A stretch of 64,000 nt of DNA, from positions 87,619 through 151,618 of the forward strand of contig JBKDOL010000030.1 in assembly GCA_046343015.1 (NCBI GenBank), read 5' to 3'. The translations under genes and the position numbers were made by a program. Below are positions 19,330 to 30,641 of the stretch, one piece after another; position 1 is the first letter of the stretch, and every line of letters begins with the position of its first letter. The notes below the pieces were generated by a model. It ran no database searches, was not told the DNA's origin, and worked only from the letters and a program-made list of their open reading frames with translations. This stretch comes from Planctomycetota bacterium (GTDB lineage Bacteria; Planctomycetota; Planctomycetia; Pirellulales; Pirellulaceae).

Positions 19330-20736
19330 ATGGCAATCGAAATCAAGGTTCCAGCCCTCGGCGAGGGCGTCAATTCCGGCGATGTCCTCGAAGTATTCGT
19401 CAAGGTCGGCGATACCCTGCAAATTAACGACAATGTCGTCGAGTTGGAAACGGACAAGGCGACCGTAACGATCCCCGCCACGACCGCCGGCAAAGTGCTG
19501 GAAGTTTTGGTCAAGAACGGAGCGACCGTGAATGTCGGTCAAGCTTTGATTCGAGTCGAAGCCGCAGCCGCGGCAGCTGCACCAGCGGCTGCACCCGCCG
19601 CCCCGGCAACACCACCTGCGCCAAAACCTCCGGCGCCAAAACCTCCAGCGCCGGCACCGGTTGCCCCTGCCCCAGTGGCGGTGACTCCCGCCCCCGTTGC
19701 TCCCGCCCCTGCAGTTGTCGCACCTGCAGTTGTCGCACCTGCAGCTCCCGCCGCAACGGTCCAGCCCGCCGCAGTAACGTCGGCAACCATCCCTGCAGGC
19801 TCCACTCCCACAGGCAGCGAGCTCGGCAACCTCGCCGCTGGCCCAGCCATTCGCCGCTTTGCGCGGGAAGTCGGCGTCGACCTGAGACAAGTTACCGGTT
19901 CCGGCCCCGCTGGACGGATCATCCGCGAAGACATTCTGGCCGTCGTCCGCACAGGTACTGCCCGAACTGCCTCAGCAGCCTCCGCAACCGGTACCGCTGC
20001 CAGCGTGACGCCCGGCGGCTCAAACGATAACTGGGGCCCGGTCCGCCTGGAGAAGCTGACCAAGATTCGAGCTACGATCGCCCAGAAGATGCACGAGTCG
20101 TGGTCAACCGTTCCGCGAGTTACGAATTTTGATGACGCCGACGTCACGGAACTCGAGCAAATCCGCCAGAACAACAAGAAGGATTACGAAGCCAAAGGGA
20201 TCAAGCTGACCACCATGCCTTTCATCATCAAGGCCGTGGCCATGTCGCTGAAATCCCATCCAGTCATCAACGCCTCAATTGACGTCCAAGCCAATCAAAT
20301 CATCTACAAGGACTACGTCAACGTTGGGATCGCGATCGATTCCGAACGCGGCCTGGTCGTCCCCTCTCTCCGGAATGCCGACAAACTGGGAATCCCGGAA
20401 ATTGCCCGCGACCTCAGCGAACTCGCCGAGAGCGTCCGGACCTCCAAGTTTTCCATTGACGACCTCCGCGGTAGCACCTTTACGATCAGCAACCTGGGCG
20501 CGATCGGCGGCACCTACTCAACTCCCATTGTCAACGTCCCCGAGACAGCCATCCTCCTGGTTGGCAGGTCGCGGAAACTGCCGGTCGTCGTCAACGACAC
20601 AATTCAAGTCCGACTGATGATGCCGCTGAGCTTGTCTTACGACCATCGCTTGATCGACGGCGCCGCTGCAGCCCGTTTCCTCAATGACGTGATCGGCTAC
20701 CTGCAGGCCCCGAGCAAATTGCTGCTCGCCCTCTAA
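19330..20736 (+). CDS. aceF: dihydrolipoamide acetyltransferase (E2) of the pyruvate dehydrogenase complex
   Basis: Lipoyl domain ELETDKATVTIPA, an Ala/Pro linker, subunit-binding domain GPAIRRFAREVGVDLRQVTGSGPAGRI, and catalytic SYDHRLIDGA. Confidence 0.93.
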   Translation: MAIEIKVPALGEGVNSGDVLEVFVKVGDTLQINDNVVELETDKATVTIPATTAGKVLEVLVKNGATVNVGQALIRVEAAAAAAAPAAAPAAPATPPAPKPPAPKPPAPAPVAPAPVAVTPAPVAPAPAVVAPAVVAPAAPAATVQPAAVTSATIPAGSTPTGSELGNLAAGPAIRRFAREVGVDLRQVTGSGPAGRIIREDILAVVRTGTARTASAASATGTAASVTPGGSNDNWGPVRLEKLTKIRATIAQKMHESWSTVPRVTNFDDADVTELEQIRQNNKKDYEAKGIKLTTMPFIIKAVAMSLKSHPVINASIDVQANQIIYKDYVNVGIAIDSERGLVVPSLRNADKLGIPEIARDLSELAESVRTSKFSIDDLRGSTFTISNLGAIGGTYSTPIVNVPETAILLVGRSRKLPVVVNDTIQVRLMMPLSLSYDHRLIDGAAAARFLNDVIGYLQAPSKLLLAL

Positions 20737-20793
20737 GACCACCCGGCTCATCGAAACGGGCACGGGTTCGATGCAGGCTTGCAACGGCCGCTA

Positions 20794-20835
20794 GGCACTT
20801 GGGGAAAGGCACTTGGGGAAAGGCACTTGCGGAAA
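20794..20835. repeat. tandem direct repeat, 3 x 14 bp (ggcacttggggaaa)
   Basis: Two perfect units plus ggcacttgcggaaa; starts 58 bp downstream of the aceF stop. Confidence 0.92.
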
Positions 20836-21051
20836 GCAACCGTTGCCTCTGCCGGTTCTCCCCTGCATCTGCAGGTCCGTTGACCGCAGCGGCTTGGGGG
20901 CTTCGGATTTGTGATGCTCAAGTCCCCGTCGGAACGAACTGCTGGAGCCCCCGTTAGCACGACCTACTGGGTGCTAACGAGTAGGCCTGATTTTGCCGAT
21001 ACGCTCCTTCTCCGCCAAACGTTCACATGGTTCGGTACCGAGAGGATACCG

Positions 21052-21079
21052 CGCGGAGTCTGCCCCGCGGAGTCTACCC
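21052..21079. repeat. tandem direct repeat, 2 x 14 bp (cgcggagtctgccc / cgcggagtctaccc)
   Basis: Read directly. Confidence 0.85.
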
Positions 21080-21090
21080 GGCGAGGAGCC

Positions 21091-21120
21091 GGCTCCACCT
21101 GCCGCGGCTCCACCTGGGGC
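21091..21120. repeat. tandem direct repeat, 2 x 15 bp (ggctccacctgccgc / ggctccacctggggc)
   Basis: Read directly. Confidence 0.85.
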
Positions 21121-21214
21121 CTTGCGCCCCGTAGGTATTCCAAGACTCGGAGGGCGGCGCGAGATCGCAGGCAGCGCGAGATAAGTTCTTTGCCGCTTGG
21201 TTGAGTTGCGGCAG

Positions 21215-23248
21215 CTACCGTTTCGGAACGGCCGCGGGCCGATAGGCGGCGAGAATCTCGCGAGCCCAACGCTCGGCCAGTTTGTCCCGCTGCCTTGCAT
21301 CTGACTCGGCTGCGTCATACTGAACAGTGTTTCCGAAACGCAACTCCAGAAGGACTTGGCTCATCTCCCGCACGAATAACCGCTCGTGCTTCAACCCTGC
21401 AGATAAAAATTCTGCATCCGGCTCAATCAATCTGGCCGAATTCCGCACCAGCTGGACCAGCCGAAAATACTCGGGCACCAGTTCCGGGGCCCCCGACTTC
21501 TGCGAGATGCTTCTCCAGATTTGCCGCGTCTTCGGGCTCCGAGGCGGCAGGCTTAAAAGCCACTCCAGCGCCTCGCCGCGACTCTTTGCGTCAGTCCCCT
21601 CCAGCGCCCCCAGAAGGTGCGTCTCGGGGGCGAGAATAGCAGGCAAATGCTGCGCCAACACTTGTTCCGGCAGGGCACTGCTCGACCTGAGTCGATTCAT
21701 CTCAGCGACCATGTTACCGCTGGCGAGCAATTCAGCCTGAGTGGCACCAGAAACAAAAGCCTCTTGCTTGGGCTTCTCGAGCCATGCCAGCTGCTCCCGC
21801 AGCCGACCTGCCAGTGGCCTCGCCGCATCGCTTCCCCGGTCCGTATCCGGCGTTGCCCGCCAAACCAATTGCTCGCTTCGGCCCAAGTGCTGGTCACCCA
21901 TCTGTACCAGGCCGTTTTGCACTGCCAAACGCGGCTCTCCTTCGAGCCAATCCAATCCAAGTGACGTGCCTGCTTCCAGGACGACAAGTTCCCAGTTGGC
22001 TTGATCGTGCTTGATTTGCAACTTTAAATTCGCCGGCAGTCCTTTCAAGCCGACCCGACCGGCAGCCAAGTCGAGAGCGAGCAAACTCTCAGGAACCGAC
22101 GCGTTAACGACTACCGTGGAATCAGAGTCGAGCACGATCTCACCCAACCCACCGAGTCTGGCAGTCGCCCATGAACCGGGTAGCGTTCGCCACTCGAGTC
22201 CATTGGCGGTTTGCGCGGTCGACTTTGGACCAAACCACAAATTTTTTCCCGGCTCACGCAGGGCAATCACACCTTCCAAGGCCAACCATTTACAGTCGAC
22301 AATGTTGCCGCTGAACTGGTGAAAGACCGAGGCGGTGGGGTCGATTTGCCATCCGGGCTGTGACACGTCCTCATCTTCTTGCAGGCTGACCAAGGCCCAG
22401 CCTTCACCGCCCTGAGCCGGACGACTCGCGAGTTCTCTCCCCGTTCCCCCGGACGCCGTTCCCCCGGACGCTCTGGGCGTAACGGCTCGAGCGTTCTCCG
22501 CATTGGCAAGACTCTCTCTGGTCGAGGCAGGCGCGCCTTCCGTTGGGTTCCCTCCGCCCGCGACTGATTGCAGGCTTGGACCGGCTCCCTGCCAAGCCCG
22601 CCAACCGAGGCTGACGAGGGCGAACATCGCGCCGGCAGTTAAAACGGCAGCCCACATTCGGCCACGTCCGCGGCTTGGCCGGGGGCCGGGCTCAAATCGC
22701 TCCGGGAGGACACTCCGCGCCATCTGAATTTTCACAGGCTTCGGGGCGAGTTTACCCGCGGGACCAACAACCGAGTTGGTCGCCGCCGCTTTATGCTGCG
22801 AGCCTCGCTCAACGGGTGATTCGGATTTCGCCGTCCCGGTCCCACTTTTCAGGCTCTCTCCCAAGGCGAACAGGCGCTCGGTCGCCGCCCAAGGCAGCGG
22901 ACCCGCGTCGGCTTGCTCACGGTGTCCCCGAAAGTGCAACATCAGTTCCGCCATCAGCAGGGGCTCTTGCAGTGCCCGGCGTTCCAACCGCTGGGCCTGT
23001 TCACTACCCAAGGTCCCATCGAGGTAGCCGGCGACCAGTTTTGCATCGACCCGGGCATGTTCCCATTCGGGCTGAGACAATCGCGCCCAATCGGATTCCA
23101 GTCGAGCCGCTTGCTGCGACATCAACCGCCAGACTTGTGCACAATTGGCGTTTTGCTTGATCGCCGCGCGGAAATACTCCCGTTCAACGGATTCCATCAT
23201 TCCTGCATCCAATCGGAGCAGGTTGCGCAGGGTCAGCTTGCAGTCCAT
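21215..23248 (-). CDS. putative membrane-anchored anti-sigma factor (677 aa) coupled to the upstream ECF sigma factor
   Basis: Its ATG shares one base with the sigma gene stop (TAATG at 23250-23246). It has a helical cytoplasmic N-domain, one predicted TM segment (MWAAVLTAGAMFALVSLGWRAW) and a large extracytoplasmic part. The call rests on synteny and architecture; no anti-sigma motif was recognised. Confidence 0.65.
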   Translation of the reverse strand: MDCKLTLRNLLRLDAGMMESVEREYFRAAIKQNANCAQVWRLMSQQAARLESDWARLSQPEWEHARVDAKLVAGYLDGTLGSEQAQRLERRALQEPLLMAELMLHFRGHREQADAGPLPWAATERLFALGESLKSGTGTAKSESPVERGSQHKAAATNSVVGPAGKLAPKPVKIQMARSVLPERFEPGPRPSRGRGRMWAAVLTAGAMFALVSLGWRAWQGAGPSLQSVAGGGNPTEGAPASTRESLANAENARAVTPRASGGTASGGTGRELASRPAQGGEGWALVSLQEDEDVSQPGWQIDPTASVFHQFSGNIVDCKWLALEGVIALREPGKNLWFGPKSTAQTANGLEWRTLPGSWATARLGGLGEIVLDSDSTVVVNASVPESLLALDLAAGRVGLKGLPANLKLQIKHDQANWELVVLEAGTSLGLDWLEGEPRLAVQNGLVQMGDQHLGRSEQLVWRATPDTDRGSDAARPLAGRLREQLAWLEKPKQEAFVSGATQAELLASGNMVAEMNRLRSSSALPEQVLAQHLPAILAPETHLLGALEGTDAKSRGEALEWLLSLPPRSPKTRQIWRSISQKSGAPELVPEYFRLVQLVRNSARLIEPDAEFLSAGLKHERLFVREMSQVLLELRFGNTVQYDAAESDARQRDKLAERWAREILAAYRPAAVPKR

Positions 23249-23886
23249 TACTCTTTTCCCATCAACTTTCTCAGGCGTGCATGCGCCCGCGACAACTTGG
23301 GACCGACTGCGTTAATCGACAGTCCCAGCTGTCGTCCAATCTCGCGGTAATCGAGTTGCTCGTGATAATACATTTCCAAAATCCGGCGGTCGGCAGACTT
23401 CATTTGCTCCAGGCATTCCGTCAGTTTGAGTTTGTTTTCCGTGCCGATCAGTTTTGCCAGACTGTCAACCTCAATCGTGATCCCCAAATCGACTTGCATC
23501 GACGAGTCACTGATTCCGATCAACTGTCGCTCCCGCGGCAGTTTCGCCGCGTGACGCCACGCCACTCGGCGAGCAATCACGCAGAGCCAAGTCGACAATT
23601 TGCAATCACCCTTGAATCCACGGAGAGCAGCCAAATCATTTTGCAGCAATCCGAGAAACACATCGGCCAGGACATCCTCGATCAGGCCCTCATCCAATCG
23701 TCCGGTTTTTCGCGGAAGAGCTTTGACAATCTGCGCGTAGACCAACCGCTGGTAACGAACCACCAGTTCATTCCAGGCTTCCGCGTCGCGCCTCAACAAT
23801 TTGCTTATCAGTTCACCATCGGCGAGTTGGGAGTAAGCTCCCAAATCGATTCCGGATTCCGACCCAGCCGTTTGCACTCTGCCCAT
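23248..23886 (-). CDS. ECF-type (sigma-70 family, group 4) RNA polymerase sigma factor
   Basis: Region 2-like segment ELVVRYQRLVYAQIV...DVLADVFLGLL and region 4 HTH LDYREIGRQLGLSINAVGPKLSRAHARL. ATG 23886 is preferred over GTG 23952. Confidence 0.88.
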   Translation of the reverse strand: MGRVQTAGSESGIDLGAYSQLADGELISKLLRRDAEAWNELVVRYQRLVYAQIVKALPRKTGRLDEGLIEDVLADVFLGLLQNDLAALRGFKGDCKLSTWLCVIARRVAWRHAAKLPRERQLIGISDSSMQVDLGITIEVDSLAKLIGTENKLKLTECLEQMKSADRRILEMYYHEQLDYREIGRQLGLSINAVGPKLSRAHARLRKLMGKE

Positions 23887-24131
23887 CCCCGAAAAGAGTC
23901 TTTTTACCGCTTGCAGGGAACCTGCAACTGCAAGCTTCCTGACGACCCGCACGAATTCGATCGGCGGGGGACGGCGTCGAAGTTCGAGAACCCCAACACT
24001 GTCCTGACTCTCTTCATTCTAGAAGCGGCGGCACGAAAACCACCCCCTCCCCCGAAATAGCGTGGAAATACCCGACTAAGGCTCCCGGTTCAAACGAGCA
24101 TAAGGGACAAGCAGAGCACGGAGTTGAGGCC

Positions 24132-24170
24132 TGACTCGCGGGATTGACTCGCGGGATTGACTCGCTTGGA
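24132..24170. repeat. tandem direct repeat, 3 x 13 bp (tgactcgcgggat)
   Basis: Two perfect units plus tgactcgcttgga. Lies in the divergent region between the ECF sigma gene and the AAA+ gene. Confidence 0.9.
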
Positions 24171-24471
24171 ACGGCATTTGGGCCGAACCAACCGATTCCC
24201 GCTGGGTCCACGGCGACGTCGCTCTGCTGGACACCCTTCAGTGACCGGACGATTCCAACCCGTGCAGCGGAAAAAAATCAGTCCCCAGCCCCCGGTGCCG
24301 ACTCAGCCAACGGCATTAAAAAAGCCCGTCAAAACCGGCAAATTCGGCAAGCGGTATTCCAACTGCCCTGTTTTTCATGGAAACATTCCCCCCCAAGATC
24401 GCTCTCAACCGCTTTTCCGTGTTGAGGACCTATTCTTCGCCTGCAGCCACCTAACCCGGGAATTGATCCAG

Positions 24472-25893
24472 ATGCACTCCCCTCAAACAAACTACGCCAG
24501 CTCCGCACAGTCCGAAGACCGATTAAATGATTTGCTCGCTCGGTTGCACAATTTCACCGCGCTCACTCCTCCGACCCAGGCTTCGTCCGGGGTGCAAGGT
24601 GGAATTGGCTTAAATGCCGAAGGTGAGTTCCTGCCGGCAGCGCCGCGCTCCTTGGCAGAGGCAAAGGTATCCGAAGCACTCGTCGAGGATCTGACGCTCA
24701 AGCTGCTTTTGGCAAAGGGAGAGGCCTCGATCCGCCAAATCTCCGACCAGCTCAAGTTGCCCTTCGCCATCTGTGAGCAGTTGGTTTACAAGCTCAAGCA
24801 GGAACAACTTTTGGCCTTTGTCAATCATGCCAAGGCTGGTGACTTTTCCTGCCGACTCTCCGAGACGGGGCGAGACCGCGCTCGGCGGCTCTCTGATATC
24901 TGTTCGTATTTTGGCTCGACTCCCGTAGCGTTTGAGGATTATGTCGAGAGCGTCAAGGCTCAAACGATCGCCAATCAGAATCCGTCCCTCTACGATTTGC
25001 AGCTCGCCTTTTCCGACTTGCAAATCTCCAATGAACTGCTGCTCCGCCTCGGTCCGGCCATCAACAGCGGGCGCGGCATGTTCCTGTTCGGCAATCCAGG
25101 TAATGGCAAAACGAGCATTGCCGAGCGGGTTACCGCCGCTTTCGGTGAGTACATCTGGGTTCCTCGGGCTATCTCAATTGACAAGGACATCATCCGCGTC
25201 TACGACCCGATGAATCATCAGGAAGTGCCCTTCACCAAGGAGAATGCCAGCCCAACCGACCTGCTGTCGGACGACTCGCTCGACCAGCGTTGGGTGCGAA
25301 TCAAACGGCCCACGATTGTCGTCGGCGGTGAGTTGCGGTTAGAGCACCTCGAAATACAACACAATCTGGCGACGGGAACATCCGAGGCTCCCGTTCAAAT
25401 GAAAAGCAACTGCGGAGTCTTGCTGATCGATGACTTCGGTCGCCAAAAGATCTCGGTTGCCGACCTTTTAAATCGCTGGATTGTTCCATTGGATCGTCGC
25501 CATGACTACCTGACCACAACCAGTGGCAAAAAGATTCAGGTGCCGTTTGACCAGCTGGTTATCTTCTCCACCAATCTCGAGCCGCGGGACCTGGTTGACG
25601 ATGCCTTCCTTCGACGGATCCCTTACAAAATCGAAGTCCCCGATCCGAAGCACAGTGAGTTTGTGTCGCTGTTTGAGATCATGTGTGAGCGGATGAACTG
25701 TCCCTGGAACCGGGCGATGGTCGACTACCTGATTGAGACTCACTACCTTCCGGCCCAACGTCCCTTCCGGAACTGCCATCCCCGCGACATTCTTCTGCAA
25801 GTCAAGAACTACAGTGCCTTTATGGGTCTGCCGTTCCAAATGACCAAGCAAAACCTCGACTGGGCTGTCGAAAGCTACTTCTCGGTGATGTAG
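24472..25893 (+). CDS. AAA+ family ATPase with N-terminal winged-helix-like domain
   Basis: Walker A GNPGNGKTS, Walker B VLLIDDFG and DDAFLRRIPYKIEVPDP (arginine/sensor region of classical AAA). N-domain LKLLLAKGEASIRQISDQLKLPFAICEQLVYKLKQEQLL. Start moved to ATG 24472. Confidence 0.85.
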   Translation: MHSPQTNYASSAQSEDRLNDLLARLHNFTALTPPTQASSGVQGGIGLNAEGEFLPAAPRSLAEAKVSEALVEDLTLKLLLAKGEASIRQISDQLKLPFAICEQLVYKLKQEQLLAFVNHAKAGDFSCRLSETGRDRARRLSDICSYFGSTPVAFEDYVESVKAQTIANQNPSLYDLQLAFSDLQISNELLLRLGPAINSGRGMFLFGNPGNGKTSIAERVTAAFGEYIWVPRAISIDKDIIRVYDPMNHQEVPFTKENASPTDLLSDDSLDQRWVRIKRPTIVVGGELRLEHLEIQHNLATGTSEAPVQMKSNCGVLLIDDFGRQKISVADLLNRWIVPLDRRHDYLTTTSGKKIQVPFDQLVIFSTNLEPRDLVDDAFLRRIPYKIEVPDPKHSEFVSLFEIMCERMNCPWNRAMVDYLIETHYLPAQRPFRNCHPRDILLQVKNYSAFMGLPFQMTKQNLDWAVESYFSVM

Positions 25894-25912
25894 CAACGAT
25901 CTAGCAACGCTG
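25891..25912. repeat. tandem direct repeat, 2 x 11 bp (tagcaacgatc / tagcaacgctg) beginning with the AAA+ stop codon
   Basis: The TAG stop at 25891-25893 is the first triplet of unit 1, and a second in-frame-shifted TAG begins unit 2. Confidence 0.85.
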
Positions 25913-26185
25913 TGATGAAGCCCAATTGCGGGTGCTGCAACCTCGAGCCCGCCCTGCCGAAATGCTGGCTGGCAGGCGTCTCATCCCCACCGCAGAGCAG
26001 CTTGGGCCCCCGGAACTGGCTGGTGCGGGGGAAAACGGGCCAATCGTGGCTTCACTCGATGCCCAAGCAGCAGGTTTCTCGGCGCACCCCAACCGCTGCA
26101 AACGCGTCGGCCAGACGGGGGCTCAACATTCTCGCCGCTACCGGCGAACAGAGACTGAGGGCGCGACCGGGCGCTCATCCCCGGC

Positions 26186-27118
26186 TTATCCCAGGAACAG
26201 TTCCCGAGGGAAAGTTCGGAGCATCGACTCCAAAGCATCCTGCCCGACCCCGAACGTGAGGAAGAGCAAGGAAACCGCTCCAATCATCAAACTGGCGACG
26301 AGCACAATGGTCGGGATGATCAAGCTCTTGCCCTGCATGAACCCAAACACGATGCAATAAATCCCAAGCGTCGCCAGACAGGCGATTCCATGCCCCGGGC
26401 TCGCCATGAAGGCAACAATCGAAATGTAAGTCACACATCCCAATCCGAGCACGATCGCAGCGCCGAGGCTGATTGCCTCCGGGCTGATCTCAAAGTAGTT
26501 AATAATCGTGTCCATGAAGAGGATGATGGAAACCCCAAGTCCGACGAAAATCGCCAGACAGACCAATGCCACCGTGGCAATCAGGTAAGATTCCTTGCCC
26601 TCGCCAAAGTCCTGCCCGAAAGACGAGACAGGCATCTCATCGATTTCTTTCTCTGCCTTGGCGAGGATCTTTTCCGCGTCGGTCATATCTGCAGTGGAAT
26701 ACGCATCCTCATCCACAAGCACGGCTGTCTGCAGGCGCTCACCCGTCGCCGCATTGAACCCGCATTGAATGCAGATCACCGCTGTCGGAGACATCTCCGC
26801 AGCGCACATCGGACAGGCCCGGCCACGCGGCTTGGCCTCGACCCCCGCTTCATCCAGCAAATCAAGCAGCGGGTTGAACTTGCGACCTGGGGAACTCCCC
26901 GCCGATCGGCCCGCACCAGCACCGGCGTTCGCCCCGGCTCCTGACTTGGCGACTGCCGGCTTGCCAGCGGATGCAGACTTGCCAGCGGGCGGTTGGGTGG
27001 CAGCCGCCGGAACTTGCATCGGCGACTTGCACTTGGGGCATTTGACTGCCTTCCCGGCAAAATCGTCGCGCACAGCGAAAGTCGACTGGCATTTTCCACA
27101 ACCCACTTTAATCGTCAT
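26186..27118 (-). CDS. double zinc-ribbon membrane protein
   Basis: MTIKVGCGKCQSTFAVRDDFAGKAVKCPKCKSPM (MJ0042-type CxxC...CxxC), a second ribbon CPMCAAEMSPTAVICIQCG, an Ala/Gly/Lys-rich linker, and 4-5 hydrophobic helices at the C-terminus. Start moved to ATG 27118. Confidence 0.75.
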   Translation of the reverse strand: MTIKVGCGKCQSTFAVRDDFAGKAVKCPKCKSPMQVPAAATQPPAGKSASAGKPAVAKSGAGANAGAGAGRSAGSSPGRKFNPLLDLLDEAGVEAKPRGRACPMCAAEMSPTAVICIQCGFNAATGERLQTAVLVDEDAYSTADMTDAEKILAKAEKEIDEMPVSSFGQDFGEGKESYLIATVALVCLAIFVGLGVSIILFMDTIINYFEISPEAISLGAAIVLGLGCVTYISIVAFMASPGHGIACLATLGIYCIVFGFMQGKSLIIPTIVLVASLMIGAVSLLFLTFGVGQDALESMLRTFPRELFLG

Positions 27119-27433
27119 CCGTCTCTTCTTCTTTCTTCGAATGAGATACCGCAACCAAGATCGCAGCGGGACGCTCAACGACCATCAACCAACCGACAAC
27201 ACCAACTCGCCTTGGGAATTATAGGCCCTCGCCCCGCAAAGAAAGCCCGGCCAGGCCGTCGTCCCATGGCTGGGAGCCGCGACCAGCCACCGCCCCTCTT
27301 TTATTGTTCTTGTCGTTGCCCATTCCGCAACCAACTCCACGAGCTTGGCCGAGGTCCAACTCTGCCGCTCGAACGGCACATTCCCTACAGCCGAAACAAC
27401 CACGCCACCGCCGAAGCCCGGCCTGAGGCGGCC

Positions 27434-27463
27434 AGTCCCCAACCGGGAAGTCCCCAACCGCAA
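27434..27463. repeat. tandem direct repeat, 2 x 15 bp (agtccccaaccggga / agtccccaaccgcaa)
   Basis: Read directly; inside the gene-free stretch upstream of groES. Confidence 0.85.
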
Positions 27464-28346
27464 CTCCATGCCCCAGCCGGAGGGTCGCCACATCTTGGCT
27501 TCGGGTCGAGCAATCATCCGCACTCGACTGCTTCGGCGACCGAATTCACTCCTGACCCGCCAGAGCCCACCCCGTCGCCAAACGCAACGCGACACCCGGT
27601 TCTATGAACCAGAAAATGCCCCGGGGCGATTGGCTCGCGCTGCACCAGCCCCGGCGCTCTAGTTGGCAGCCAGCCGTGAAAGCTGCCAAACTGCCATTTT
27701 GACACCATGATCAACCCCACCCCGGCGAGTTCGACCGCGGGGAAGGAACCGGCCCACCCTTCCCACCACCATGCCGCCACCCGTCGGCGAATTCCAAATC
27801 AGTTGGTTGAGGACCCCTGGTAGCTCGGCGAACATTCTCTTTCACGCGGATTTAATTCCAGTTTCGCCGAAAATTTGTCGCCAGATTTTGGGCTGGCGCT
27901 GGTCCAATCGCCCGACTCCCCGAAATGAACCCGGTGAATCTCACTTTTCCTCTGCTTCCGGCGCGCAACTTGCCTCCTAAAGGCACGGCGGGAACCAAAA
28001 GAGGCATTTTTGGCAGTCTGAGGGTCCGCCTACCGCTGGAACCGGGTCAAAAAGGAAATGGTCCTCCGTTTCCTCGACAAGCTCTTTTCCATAAATGCGG
28101 TTTTCCATCCAGGCACATCGCCCCGCAGTCTAGCGCACCTCAAAAGAAACGGGGGCTGGAAGTGTCGGGCAGGTCTGGCTCTCAACGGGAGCTTGCCGAG
28201 CGATCGTCCAGTCCGAACCAAACTGTCAAATATCAAAATCGACGCTTACCAAAACCAATGCGGCCTCGAGCGCGTGGATTCGCTCGTTTGAGGCTGCCTG
28301 AAACAACCAATTTTTCCGGATAGCTACAGAAAAAGGAGTCTTCCCT

Positions 28347-28673
28347 ATGTCGGCGACCGCTACGAAGCGAGCCAAATCGGCCACTAAACTTCAGCCCTTG
28401 GGAGATCGAATTGTCGCCCGCCGCGAGGTTTCAGAGCAAACCACCGCCGGTGGAATCGTGCTGCCTGACTCGGCTCGCGAAAAGCCTTCTCGCGGCGTTG
28501 TGCTCAGCGTTGGTGAAGGCCGGTTGCTCAAGGACGGCACCCGCTCCACTTTGCAGGTGAAGCCTGGCGACAAGATTCTGTTCACGACTTATGGACCGGA
28601 CGAAATCAAGTTGGGAGACGATGAAGTGCTGCTGATGCGCGAAGAAGACGTCCTCGCGATTATCGACGGCTGA
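28347..28673 (+). CDS. groES: co-chaperonin GroES
   Basis: LQPLGDRIVARR...TAGGIVLPDSAREKPSRGVVLSVGEG...GDKILFTTYG. AAGGAG SD. Confidence 0.95.
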   Translation: MSATATKRAKSATKLQPLGDRIVARREVSEQTTAGGIVLPDSAREKPSRGVVLSVGEGRLLKDGTRSTLQVKPGDKILFTTYGPDEIKLGDDEVLLMREEDVLAIIDG

Positions 28674-28837
28674 TCTCACTCGCAACGTTCGAAACAGCTT
28701 AACCGGGACAAGCCGGAAGGGCCTCAGACAACACTTCTGGTCTGACTGAACCTCTGGTTTGACTACCCCTGCGAGGTCCCGGATAAAAAGCGAACCCGAA
28801 CCATTTCGATCTCACACTCCTTACGACAATTTACTGA

Positions 28838-30481
<1,644 letters not shown>

Positions 30482-30573
30482 ATCGATGAGCTCACCGAGG
30501 GACGCCTGACCCGCCTGAGAGGCATTCAGGCGTCAACCGGGTCCAACAGGACCGCTCATCACAAAAGCCTCAA

Positions 30574-30641
30574 GGGCCAATTGGCATTCGGGGCCAATTG
30601 TCATTCAGGGCGAAGTAACATTCAGGGCGAAGTTCGGGCAA
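30574..30641. repeat. mosaic tandem repeat, 4 x 17 bp (gggccaattggcattcg, gggccaattgtcattca, gggcgaagtaacattca, gggcgaagttcgggcaa)
   Basis: Read directly. Lies between the groEL stop and its terminator, and the last unit forms the left arm of the terminator stem. Confidence 0.85.

Noticed and set aside
20764-20772. gggttcgat, a tRNA T-arm-like string downstream of aceF
   Set aside because: There is no complementary T-stem, acceptor stem or anticodon arm in the surrounding 80 nt. No tRNA gene was found anywhere in the window by eye.
23281-24060. 259-aa plus-strand ORF; also 32483..33427 (+) and 35160..35879 (-)
   Set aside because: These are shadows of the ECF sigma factor, sigma-54 activator and membrane-protein genes respectively.
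28100-28346. CIRCE/HrcA operator upstream of groES
   Set aside because: The closest string (tctagcgcacctc at about 28127) lacks the inverted right half, so no CIRCE was called.
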